From assembly GCA_051362555.1 (NCBI GenBank), contig CM120646.1, positions 7,688,001 to 7,752,000 of the forward strand: DNA of 64,000 nt, read 5' to 3'. Under the pieces are notes generated by a model, which was not told the origin of the DNA, ran no database searches, and saw nothing but the letters and a program-made list of their open reading frames with translations. The DNA comes from Lingula anatina (taxonomy: Eukaryota > Animalia > Brachiopoda). The position numbers and the translations under genes are program-made. Positions within the stretch are counted from its first letter, which is position 1. Each line of letters starts with the position of its first letter. Shown in pieces: positions 45,701 to 56,749 of this stretch.

Positions 45701-48318
45701 ATGATGTCTTCTCAAATCTGGGTCTGTTTGAGTTAAAACGTGTTTGACACTTATATCAGTACTGAAACACCATTTTCCCTTTGCTGTCTCTACATTACCA
45801 ACACGGGTTCAGGTTTGTAAATACCAGTACTACAGTTTCGCCTGGTCTGTTTTACTATTTTTAAGATATGCAACCAAAAGCCGGAGACATGTACTCGGCA
45901 AGGAATTATATGAAATTATTCTAACACAAATACATCTCATAAATGTGAATATTTTTGGCTGCTACCTGTGGGTTGGGAAGAAGTAGGTGAAATGATTACT
46001 TAATGTTGATAAGGCGTATTCCAAGAGTATAAATGAACATGTATGTGAAGAGTTAAAACAGAGAAAAAGTGTGACTTGCTTTTCTCCAGTATTGAACAAA
46101 TTATATGTATTATTATAATTACCTATTATAGATATTCCAAAGTATTTTCTTGTATGAAGTTTCAGATGTAAGGGATTTCTGAAATGCGGTCATACATTTT
46201 TTCACGCCTTTGTGATATTTCAGAAACACCTTATCCATATCATCTCTGAGAGCCACAGACGACGGAAATTACACGTGCACTGTGACCCTTGACTCTTCAT
46301 CTTCAGAAATTAGCTCTCCCGCAGTCATAGTCGTCAACGGTAAGTTATACGAGTGCCAAGCGCATTCGATGGATGGTTAAGTATTATAAATGTCAAGTAT
46401 GTGCATGTATTATAAAATCTTTCTTTTTTCGGTTTACCGTTACACATGTAGATTATGTGCCTTTACTATAAGTTACTATAAGTAACTGGCTCGCGCTGCC
46501 AGTAATTACGCGGCGGGATATTCAGGGCACAGACCGTGATCATAAGATACCGCGAATAGAAAATAGATTTTTAGAAAATAGACATTCCATGTGAACGAAG
46601 CCTTATTAAGGACAGAGTCGATAAAAAAAAGACTTAGACGAACATCTTTGCAGTCGATACAATGATTCTTTAAAAATTTTATCCAGTTACCCCGCAACTA
46701 CAGGAGCCCCAAGCAAGCATACTGTCGGAATCTACTTACCGTCTTAACTGCACAGCTTCCGGTGGTCGGCCAGCACCTAGTATCACGTGGTATCGGGATG
46801 AGGTGTCGCTAAACGTCAGTTCTAACAACAGCAAAGTAGTGACATCACAGACAGATGGCTTGTTCACAGTTGAAAGCATGATCGACGTCACAGAGACCAC
46901 TGACGTCACGTACACGTGTTCTATGAACCACGTGACCTTAACTACAGCGACAAATATGAGTATAAACCCTCGAGCAGCTGCAGGTATGTTTTATGTTTTG
47001 AATAAAGATAGATCTATGGTGAAGTAGGCATGGTCTGAAGATAGATAGTGATATTTTGTTTGTATGTTTCGTGAAATCTATTTGATATCTTTTGGTTGAC
47101 TTTTTTCATCAAATGTCGGTGAGTATGTTTTACTTGTTAAAAAATATATGCATACGCACCGGTACTTGTGACACTAGAATATTTCATTTACCGTGACCGC
47201 CCCGTTACAGAAAACGATAAATGCAAACTAAATTGCACCTTCTTAGTCGATTTATTATTACTATTAGAAAAAAAATATTGCAGCTTATTCACACACAAAC
47301 CAGCATTCGACGTAAAAGAATGGTTTGTGTGATTGTGACCTTAACAATAATTGATTGTGAATGTGTTATTTTATATTTAGAACCTACCGTTTCTCCAGAA
47401 CCGGAACCGGAACCGGAACCAGAGGGCGTGGTTAATGTGACTTTGGCCGGTAAATATCATATTAATATATCATCTGCATGGTAGCTTATTACCCCGCCTT
47501 TACTTCCATGTTGTAGCATATTCAGTCTTATTTTTGTCTTATACCTGAAATTTAACGGTTATAAGCAAAATTTTTAAATCATGATATCCGAATTTCCACA
47601 GTATATAGTCAATGACCGATCCAGGGGAGGAGGATACAGTGGATATGTTTCCTTCCTGTATCTTAAATCCCAAGTACTCTTTTGGTCTTCCTTTGCAGAA
47701 AGTCATAACGAGCGAAGTGAAATTGAAGCTAAGATTATCTTTACCTGTCCCCAAAATTGGCATAATTTACTGTTTTTTTTATCATAAATCAGACACTGAA
47801 TCTATCAGTAAGGATGTTAATCTAAGTCCGCTATCAACATTCCATATGTATCATTTCAGCAACTACAACTCCAGATTATTCACTAGCGAATTTCACATCC
47901 GGTGCCCAAGGTGATTTTATTTATTTCAACTTTCATTTTGAGTCGATAAAGACTTTTCCCCAAAGATGAAAAGATAAAAAGCCAAATGATAGCTTAGAAT
48001 GCAACTACATCTGGGGATATCGTATTTCAAAATATGAATAAGGAGAACATGACTAGCAAGAAGAAATTAATTATTTTTTATTAATAGTAGTAGTTTTTCT
48101 TTAAAATAATGGATATGCTAACTGGGGCTAACTAGGATGTTTTTTTTTTTTTTTTCATTATCCAGATAACTAACATGTTGATATAATAACAGCATCTAAT
48201 GAATATAATGCTTGTTATTATTCCGTTAACAGGTCCCCAGGATCACGGCGTTTCCCGCATATATATACTGCTATTACCTTGGACTATTGTGGCGATACTG
48301 ACTTTCATAGCGATATAA
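42787..48318 (+). CDS. Ig-superfamily surface protein: signal peptide, IgV, IgC, (EP)n stalk and hydrophobic C-terminus (probable GPI anchor)
   Basis: Exons: 42787-42841 (MDQCRGTLVLILCLFYSG), 45381-45648 (ASIACSY..LEWYR), 46224-46339 (LSISSLRATDDGNYTCTV), 46687-46983 (LNCTASGGRPAPSITWYRD..YTCSMNH), 47381-47449 (PEPEPEPE), 48233-48318 (IYILLLPWTIVAILTFIAI*). All phases are compatible. Confidence 0.88.
44814..45245. mobile_element. Two head-to-tail ~215-bp MITE copies separated and flanked by TAA (PIF/Harbinger-like)
   Basis: taa|ggctctgttctcaca...gaatggggtg|taa|gggtctattcccaca...aaatggggtg|taa. Confidence 0.82.
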
Positions 48319-48963
48319 GAGCACTGACGATGAACAATAAAAATTTCCCCAGGCTATAGCAAAATTAAAAATATAATGACGAAGAGGTTGGTGCTAATAA
48401 CTGTGCCTCGCTTACAGATGGATTATGTCACACTCTTTTCAGACAAACCGAAAAATAAACGGTATAAATGCCACCAACGATTATAACTTGATAGACATTT
48501 TTTGATTTCCCTACTCGGTCAAAAGTTGTGTGATTGGAATAGCGCGCTGTAGGCGCTCAGTTGATAGCAGTCGGGCGTGATTCAGTAAATTGACATTTCG
48601 TCTTACTGATCTAGAGAACATAGCAACACACTTGCGACATGACCAACGTTTGATATGGTCCAAATGTTTTAACTCCATTATCTAACTGTATCACTATAAT
48701 ATAAAAGACGGAGACAATTAGGAATGTATAAAGCGTCACTTGCAGTTTTAAAGGAATTAGTTTTGCCTACTGTATATATATATTAGTCATTTTCACTCGA
48801 GTATAAAACATATGTAACATATTTGTAGTCTTTTTCTGCATATCATTTACGTTAATGTTGTCTTTGATGAAAATAAAAATTAATCGAATCCCACAGCTTG
48901 GTTTTCGTTTTAAGATTGGGCACCCCTAAAATGCAGTGTGTTTTGGGCATTTGTTTCAGCATT

Positions 48964-49188
48964 GAGACCATTCACATCGAGAAGAGCCGAAGTCTAGCAA
49001 GGCCGAGACCTAAATATGGCGGACCTACACGAAAGGAAGACCGATTGATCTTTTAATGGCCTCTCTATGACATTCATTGACATTCATTGAGACCATTAAA
49101 GGATTACGCGGTTTTCCTTTCATGTAGGTCTGCCATGTTTAGGTCTCGGCCTTGCTAGACCTCGGCTCTTCTCGATGTGAATGCTCTC
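48964..49188. mobile_element. Palindromic MITE of the same family as 33342-33642
   Basis: cattcacatcgagaagagccga...tcggctcttctcgatgtgaatg inverted arms with a different, shorter centre. Confidence 0.87.
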
Positions 49189-49527
49189 ATAGAGACAATT
49201 TTATATGAAAGTCCTGGTGTGACGATGCCCATGCACAGTCGACTGTTTCCATCTTCGCCATAAAAAGCGTCAAAAAAACTTTGATAAAACTTTGATACAG
49301 GTTTAACTTCCAATTGTGCTTCACACCATTTTGTAACATACTATTACTGAAAAGTCATTTTTGTCAATATGAGGGGGAAACTTGAACACTACATTGTCTC
49401 TTCTAGTCAAATATGTAGCGAATGTCCAATTAGTAAAACCACCAATTCCACTGTAATAAAGTTAACCTGACTGGAACAAATGTTATTGATCACGTGCTAC
49501 ACGTGATCAACAGACCTTGGCACAACC

Positions 49528-50070
49528 TCAACCACGGAAAGGACCCCAGAAAAGTTTTGCAGGCGTGTCTACAGTTACTTGGAAATAGTCGGTACCAGCC
49601 TTGACGAACTCTTCCTTGCTGATCATCCCATCGTGATTGGTGTCCAGTGCCTCGAAAGATGGAGTCACCGATAGGGGGTGCACCCCGTAACATTCAAGAA
49701 AAGCCACGTACTCGGGAAGGGAAATCATCCCGTCACTATTGGCGTCCACAGAGTCGAAGAAAGCAGCAAAATATTCTTCCGCCCACTCGTGGAAGTTCGG
49801 ATCACTGAGATAGCGAGAATGGATTTGAATCATATCATCTATGTTGACGTTGTCATTGACCGCCTTGTCGGACCAGTAAAAGTCCCAAGCCGCAGAACAC
49901 AGTGGGATGTATGCATCCGCTTTCTCCTTGGGTATTAATTGACTCACTCTTCCAGCAATCCAGTCGACGTAATCCTTCTTGTTGACCAATCCGTCAAGAT
50001 CTCTGTCAAAGAGGACGAAGAAAGATCGCATCTTACGTACCCAAAAGTAGGGGAAGGGAGCTGCTGCCAT
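49528..50070 (-). CDS. Sarcoplasmic calcium-binding protein-like EF-hand protein, copy 1 (180 aa)
   Basis: FWVRKMRSFF, EF loops DRDLDGLVNKKD, DANSDGMISLPE and DTNHDGMISKEE, and C-terminal EEFVKAGTDYF..KLFWGP, which resemble annelid (Nereis-type) SCP. The start at MAAAP is shared by all three copies. Confidence 0.92.
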   Translation of the reverse strand: MAAAPFPYFWVRKMRSFFVLFDRDLDGLVNKKDYVDWIAGRVSQLIPKEKADAYIPLCSAAWDFYWSDKAVNDNVNIDDMIQIHSRYLSDPNFHEWAEEYFAAFFDSVDANSDGMISLPEYVAFLECYGVHPLSVTPSFEALDTNHDGMISKEEFVKAGTDYFQVTVDTPAKLFWGPFRG

Positions 50071-51200
50071 TTTGTTCTGAAAGCCATTATGAGAACATTT
50101 CTTCTGTTCCAGGTGATAAATGGCAAATACATGTGGGCAATGAGAGAGAAATAATATAAGACCCTGGCATGACATTTATGCCCTTTTCTTACTTACTCAA
50201 GTGACGTCATATCATATACAATGTAATAATTATTTTACTTACGTTTAAAAATTACTTGTCGAAATAGTATCCTCTTTCAGAGTATATATTGTCCTTCTGT
50301 CCCTTGTCAAAAGTAGATTTCTTAACGAGTACCTCTCGATGCTGAGTTCGCACATAAAGTGGCGGAATAACTGTTTCACCTGTTAATTTTCTCAAGGCAC
50401 TCACAACAGTTAGAAATGAGATACGGTGTCCTTGTTCTAGGTCAGATATTCATTATCTTCAAACGGTCGTTTTGAAATGTAAGAACTGATCAGATAAAAA
50501 GAATTGGCAATGACTAGTAAAACATACAATTTCTTTTTCTAGAGGCAAAAGTGTGGTTTAGATTGAGTGAAACACGTACATCGATAAATATGTAGCTGTT
50601 TGAACAAATGTTCTCTGAAAAATATTAATTATCAGAAGGAGCTATTACATAGTTGGAGATATCATACTTAAGTATATATAAAAGTATATATAAAGTTTAT
50701 ATAATGTTTATGACTGTCAAGAAGAAATTAACAATTTAATTTGTAGCTTTTAATTAAAATTCGAATATGATAACAGCGGTTAATCAGAATGGATTCGGCA
50801 TAAATGTTTTTTTGTTATTATTCAGTATCCTTGTCACCGAATTCACGATGTTTTAGTCAAATATTACTATGGCTATTGTGAAGATACACATTTTCGGCGC
50901 AATGTAGATGTACACCTGTAAAGGCAGTGAGGATGCCCAGAATATCATGTCCAAGCTACATAAAAATTATGAAAAAAATATAAAGGATGGAAACGTCGGT
51001 ACTAATGACAACGTCTCACGTACAAATGGATCCTGGCACACTTATCTCTGATACACCAAAAGCGATACAGTATAGAGTCTAAATATCATCAGCGATAATA
51101 ATTATAATTTGATGAACAATATACGATTCCCTTCCTCAGCCCAAAGCAGTGTGATTGCAACTGTCACTGGCCACGTGATCAACTGACCTTGACTACAACC

Positions 51201-51743
51201 TCAACCACGGAAAGGACCCCAGAAAAGTTTTGCAGGCGTGTCTGCGGTTACTTGGAAATAGTCGGTCCCGGCTGTGACGAACTCTTCCTTGCTGATCATT
51301 CCATCGTGATTGGTGTCCAGTGCCTCGAAAGATGGAGTCACCGATAGGGGATGCACGCCGTAACATTCAAGAAAAGCCACGTACTCGGGAAGGGAAATCA
51401 TCCCGTCGCTATTGGCGTCCACAGAGTCGAAGAAAGCAGCAAAATATTCTTCCGCCGACTCGTGGAAGTTCGGATCACTGAGATAGCGAGAATGGATTTG
51501 AATCATATCATCTATGTTGACGTTGTCATTGACCGCCTTGTCGGCCCAGTAGAAGTCCCAAGCCGCCGAACACAGTGGGATGTATGCCTCCGCTTTCTCC
51601 TTGGGTATTAATTGACTCACTCTTTCAGCAATCCAGTCGACGTAATCCTTCTTGTTGACCAATCCGTCAAGGTCTCTGTCAAAGAGGACGAAGAAAGATC
51701 GCATCTTACGTACCCAAAAGTAGGGGAAGGGAGCTGCTGCCAT
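51201..51743 (-). CDS. SCP-like EF-hand protein, copy 2 (180 aa)
   Basis: Near-identical to copy 1 with an intact ORF. Confidence 0.92.
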   Translation of the reverse strand: MAAAPFPYFWVRKMRSFFVLFDRDLDGLVNKKDYVDWIAERVSQLIPKEKAEAYIPLCSAAWDFYWADKAVNDNVNIDDMIQIHSRYLSDPNFHESAEEYFAAFFDSVDANSDGMISLPEYVAFLECYGVHPLSVTPSFEALDTNHDGMISKEEFVTAGTDYFQVTADTPAKLFWGPFRG

Positions 51744-52750
51744 TTTGTTCTGAAAGCCATTATGAGAACATTTCTTCTCTTCCAGGTGATAAATGGCAAA
51801 TACATGTGGGCAATGAGAGAGAAATGAAACAAGACCCTGGCATGACATTTATGCCCTTTTCTTACTTACTCAAGTGACGTCATTTCAAATACAATGTAAT
51901 AATTATTTTACTTACATTTAAAAAGTACTTGTCGAAATAGTATCCTCTTTCAGAGTATATATTGTCCTTTGTCCCTTGTCAAAAGTAGATTTCTTAACGA
52001 GTACCTCTCGATGCTGAGTTCGCACATAAAGTGGCAGAATAACTGTTTCACCTGTTAATTTTCTCAAGGCACTCACAACAGTTAGAAATGAGATACGGTG
52101 TCCCTGTCCAAGGTCAGATATTCATTATCTTCAAACGGTCGTTTTGAAATGTAAGAACTGATCAGATAAAAAGAATTGGCAATGACTAGTAAAACATACA
52201 ATTTCTTTTTCTAGAGGCAAAAGTGTGGTTCAGATTGAGTGAAACACTTAACATCGATAAATATGTAGTTGTCTGAACAGATGTTCTATGAAAAATCGTA
52301 ATTATCAGAAAGAGCTATTACATAGTTGGAGATATCATACTTCAGTATATATAAAAGCATATATAAAGTTTATATAATGTTTATGAATGTCAAGAAAACA
52401 TTTTTATTTGTAGCTTTTAATTAAAATTCGAATATGATAACAGCGGTTAATCAGAATGGATTCGGCATAAATGTTTTTTGTTATTATTCAGTATCCTTGT
52501 CACCGAATTCACGATGTTCTAGTCATATATTACTATAATAATAATAATAAGTTTATTGAGCACTAAATGATGTGAATACATTTGCAGGCTCTCTAGACTA
52601 CAATATTTACATAATATATATATGGGTATACAATTATATATGTTTACATATGTAGTATGTTAAATCATACATGTGTTAATGCAAATTATGCTATAATATT
52701 AATTAATTAAGCTATTCACAGCATTATTGACAATAAGTGGCTGTGATATA

Positions 52751-55700
52751 CTAGATTTCAGGTGAACTATGTATTTTAACAGCAGTCTTTACAAATTCTG
52801 CTATTACTTTGAGACTTTTATGACAGGGTGGATTAAGGAGAATTGACAATATCTGATCACTGTCATCTAGACCCACTACACTGATTTTCAGTAGTTCATC
52901 ATGCATTCGTTGCCTCTCAACAGTGTATCTTGTGCATTCTGTGAGGAAATGTTTTTCATCCTCTACACAGTTGCAAGCTTTACATTTTCTCTCATCAAGT
53001 GGAGTTTTAGGGTTTGTGTATCGGCCCCTTTCTATTGCTAGGTCGTGGTCACTTAGTCTAATTTTTGCTAGTGTTTTGATATCTAAGGGTGAGACACTCA
53101 TTTTGATGTAATTTTCACATTCATAAGATTTTTTAATTGTTTTGTATGTCCTTAATTTGTTTGAGGTCGAACTATTTAATTCCTGCCAAAAGAGTTTTTC
53201 GATTTTTATGTTCAATTTTTCTACTAGGTTTTCTATTTGATGTAATTTCTTTGGTGGGTTGTTATCTTCTGAGAAACCCCAACAATTGTGAAAAGATTGG
53301 ATGGATTCTGTCCATGTGTTTCCCTTTGTGTCTTGCTCAAGATTGTACACCTGTTTTACAATTCTATTATCTGGTAGTTGTTCCAGTCTAAGACTATATC
53401 TTTGGACAAGTTTAGCTATAGTTGGAAAAATAGGGTACCTGCCGAGTTCGGCTCTAGACATGGTATTGCTAGCCTGCTTTCTTAGACCTAAAATCCATTT
53501 GCAAAATTTCAAGTGTACCTGTTCGAATGGCATTTTATTAATCTTTTTCAGAGACATGTTTTTCTGTTTTAGTATCTCCTGTGACCAGACCTCACTACCA
53601 TAAAGCAAAATTGGTTTGATGAGTTTGTCAAATAAGTTCATGCACAAAAGAGGTTTGGAGATGTTTTGAGAGGCAAGTGCTCCTTTAAGGGAAAACAGGG
53701 CTTTTAGGGCCTTTTTCTTTAAATTTTCAATTGCTTCCTTTAATGAGCCAGTATTGGAGAAAACTATTCCCAAATATGGGTATTGTTTTACTTCTTCTAT
53801 GGGTTCATCATTTATGTAAAATTTTGTTTGATGGTCAAGTTTGCCCTTCTTCCTAAACACCATTATTTTTGTTTTCTTTGTATTAATGTGTAACTTCCAC
53901 TTTTGACAGTACTGTTCTAATTTGTTCAGTAGATTTTGCAGTCCATCCTTTGTTCTTGACAGTAGGACCAGATCATCGGCATAGAGTATGTGATTGATGC
54001 CATCTACCTTGTCTGTGGCTTTGCATGTGTGGAAGGATTCTTTTATGTCGTCTATAAATATATTAAAGAGTGTTGGGCTTAGATTATCCCCTTGGCGGAT
54101 TCCAATCTTAGCAAAAAAAGGTTTGGTATAGCTGTTGCCTGTGGAGATTCCTAATTTAGTATTTTTGTACATATGTTTAATCAGATTGTAAAATTTTCCT
54201 CCTATTCCAAGTTTCTGTAATTTGAGTAATAGACCTTTGTGCCATACCGAATCAAATGCCTTTTTAAAATCAATAAAACATGCATAGACCTTCCTATTTT
54301 GATTTGTATATCTGTTAATAATTGATTTAAGTGTGAAAATGTGATCAGTTGTTCTGTAACTTGGTCTGAACCCACCCTGTTCTTCGCTGAGTTTGCCTTC
54401 CTTTTCAATCAAGTCAGTTAGCCTATTTGCCAGAATAGAATTAAATAACTTACCCAAACAGCTTGTAATGCAAAGACCCCTGTAATTTGAGGGATCCAGA
54501 CACTCACCAGACTTATAGAGTGGTATGACTATGCCTAAATTCCAAGCATCAGGGATCTCACCAGAGTTTAAGACCAGGTTAAAAATTTTAGTCATCGCAC
54601 CAGTTAGGTATGGTCGCCCAGTCTTAAGCATTTCATTTCGTATGCTATCTGCCCCAGGTGCTTTGCCATTTTTTAGCTTTCTGAGTGCTTTTTGGACCTC
54701 CAGAATGGTTATAGGGTCATCTAGTTTGGGATTCCCAGGGCAATCTTCATATTTTTTCAATTCATCATCAATATCATTGTCACCTGGAGGCGGGATACCA
54801 CACAGTTGTTGGAAGTAATTGTGCCATACATCAGGGGCAATAAGGTTGTTCTGATCCTCTTCTTTTTTAAGTTTTTTGATAATTTGCCAAAATTCTTTGG
54901 GGTTCTTTTCTTCAATGTTCAAAAGCTTTTCAAGGAGGTTGTCTTTATGTTCTTGTTTTTTCTTTTTCAGAAGTTGTTTGTACTTTTTGCAAGCTTGATG
55001 ATAAGTGTGAGAGATAAAGTGATTATTCGGGTTTTTGTGGAGTAGTCTCCCAAGGTGTTTAACATTCCGTTTTACTTCGATGCATTGATTGTCAAACCAG
55101 GGCTGTTTTTTATTCCCTTTTCTTGGATTACTATTTTTCTTTGACATTCTTTTTGTACGCAGTGATGCACTAGCCGCGCCATCTAGGATTTTATTAAAAG
55201 ACTGACATGCCTTATTTACTCCCTCTTTAGTAGTTGGGAAGGTGGTAGTTTGAAATTCACATATGGCTTCTATGTTTTTTTCACTTTCCAGTTCACTAAG
55301 AAATTTATCTGCAGAGTCATTGCCCCAGATGTACTGATCTTTGAATTTTTGAAGCGGAATAATTTTTGGTGACTCCTTGAAACCCTTACTTGCAATTGTG
55401 AGATCTAGAAGACAGTGATCTGAGATATAGTCAATTGGGTGAACAGTGAAATACTTTACACTATCAACTAACTTATCACTCAAAACTGCATAATCCACTG
55501 CACTACAGCCATTTTGATTGTAACATGTGTAGTACCCTAATGAATTTCCTAACACTCTTCCATTCAGTATTCTCAAATTGCTGCTAATGCATAATTCTAC
55601 AAGGGTTCTTCCCTGAGAGTTTATGATACTGTCTAAGTTGTTCCGAGCAGGAGTGAGCATATCTGTGGGGTGGCTACCAGGCACTGGGATACCGTGTGTG

Positions 55701-56194
55701 TTATCATTTTTGATATAATCTGGGAGTGTACCAGTTCTAGCGTTAAAATCACCCATGAGGCATATCATGCCATCTGATTGATACTGAGCTATTTCCTCTT
55801 CAAGGATGTCAAAGGTAGCTTCATCAAATCTCCCATTCTTTGGCTTAATATATACTGCACACACGAATAAGTCTTTTTGGAGACCGAAACACTGTCCTGG
55901 TAGCCTTATCCATAAGGTATTCTCACTTTTGCTAGACATTACATGAAGAGCACCACTAAATTGTTTTCTGTAATATATGACTATACCGCCGGATGGGCGT
56001 CCTTTTGTTTTCTTTTTTGTTTTTATTTTGTAGAAGTGGCCATGTGTTCCACTAGGTAGGACCATTTTTGATCTCAGGGTGCTAAAAGTTTCTACACATA
56101 TGAATATATCAAAATTTTCGACCATCTCAACAAAGTTTTCATCAGTAAGTTTCTTTGCTAATCCTCTAATATTTCTCATACCGATGCGTAACAT
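52751..56194 (-). CDS. LINE ORF2: APE endonuclease, reverse transcriptase and C-terminal CCHC motif (1147 aa)
   Basis: NIRGL, GDFNART, VDY, SDH (APE); NYRGL, QGGFR, FIDFKKAFDSV, GIRQGDNLSP, YADD (RT); RLSDHDLAIERGRY..CKAC..EDEKHFLTEC. Confidence 0.97.
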   Translation of the reverse strand: MLRIGMRNIRGLAKKLTDENFVEMVENFDIFICVETFSTLRSKMVLPSGTHGHFYKIKTKKKTKGRPSGGIVIYYRKQFSGALHVMSSKSENTLWIRLPGQCFGLQKDLFVCAVYIKPKNGRFDEATFDILEEEIAQYQSDGMICLMGDFNARTGTLPDYIKNDNTHGIPVPGSHPTDMLTPARNNLDSIINSQGRTLVELCISSNLRILNGRVLGNSLGYYTCYNQNGCSAVDYAVLSDKLVDSVKYFTVHPIDYISDHCLLDLTIASKGFKESPKIIPLQKFKDQYIWGNDSADKFLSELESEKNIEAICEFQTTTFPTTKEGVNKACQSFNKILDGAASASLRTKRMSKKNSNPRKGNKKQPWFDNQCIEVKRNVKHLGRLLHKNPNNHFISHTYHQACKKYKQLLKKKKQEHKDNLLEKLLNIEEKNPKEFWQIIKKLKKEEDQNNLIAPDVWHNYFQQLCGIPPPGDNDIDDELKKYEDCPGNPKLDDPITILEVQKALRKLKNGKAPGADSIRNEMLKTGRPYLTGAMTKIFNLVLNSGEIPDAWNLGIVIPLYKSGECLDPSNYRGLCITSCLGKLFNSILANRLTDLIEKEGKLSEEQGGFRPSYRTTDHIFTLKSIINRYTNQNRKVYACFIDFKKAFDSVWHKGLLLKLQKLGIGGKFYNLIKHMYKNTKLGISTGNSYTKPFFAKIGIRQGDNLSPTLFNIFIDDIKESFHTCKATDKVDGINHILYADDLVLLSRTKDGLQNLLNKLEQYCQKWKLHINTKKTKIMVFRKKGKLDHQTKFYINDEPIEEVKQYPYLGIVFSNTGSLKEAIENLKKKALKALFSLKGALASQNISKPLLCMNLFDKLIKPILLYGSEVWSQEILKQKNMSLKKINKMPFEQVHLKFCKWILGLRKQASNTMSRAELGRYPIFPTIAKLVQRYSLRLEQLPDNRIVKQVYNLEQDTKGNTWTESIQSFHNCWGFSEDNNPPKKLHQIENLVEKLNIKIEKLFWQELNSSTSNKLRTYKTIKKSYECENYIKMSVSPLDIKTLAKIRLSDHDLAIERGRYTNPKTPLDERKCKACNCVEDEKHFLTECTRYTVERQRMHDELLKISVVGLDDSDQILSILLNPPCHKSLKVIAEFVKTAVKIHSSPEI

Positions 56195-56749
56195 GTTTCT
56201 CTGTAATTATTGATATCTCTTTAAAAAACATACAAAAAGACCTATCCACACTACTTCAATGAACTTACTCAGTGTTATACTAGTAATTAATCAGGGAGAA
56301 AATCTTCTTTTTCTTTTTGTTGATATTCACTTACTAGTAGTAGTTTTCAGTATTTACTTAAAGCATTTAGTTGGTCACTTAAAGCTTTCAATTTAAAAAA
56401 AAAAAAAAAAAAAAAAGTTCAGCTTCATCTTAATTAAAATCAATACATCCTCATCTGACTTATGGATTATATGTAGTGATTTTTACAGACACTTTCCTTA
56501 TATTATTTTCAGTAGGAAAGTAATTAGTAAACATAACCATTGTGTGTATATTTAGAATATAAGTAGTAAGCTATAGTGAGAATGTTTGCAATAACTTATA
56601 ACTCTTTCATTTTATAGGTTGTGACTATTAGTCTTTCTTTCAAAGTAATGAATACTAATAATGACTATTACTTACATATGGCATCCACTGGATATTTGTA
56701 GTTCTTTACTGTACTTGTGAGTGATCATATAACTAGCTTTGGAAAAGAA

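Noticed and set aside
48540-48600. tRNA-like or SINE head (gcgctcagttgatagcagtcgggc)
   Set aside because: Only an A-box-like stretch; I could not find a B-box or a cloverleaf.
50071-50175. 35-aa N-terminal extension in the 215-aa ORF calls (also 51744-51848)
   Set aside because: Absent from copy 3 and lies largely within a predicted 5'-UTR intron.
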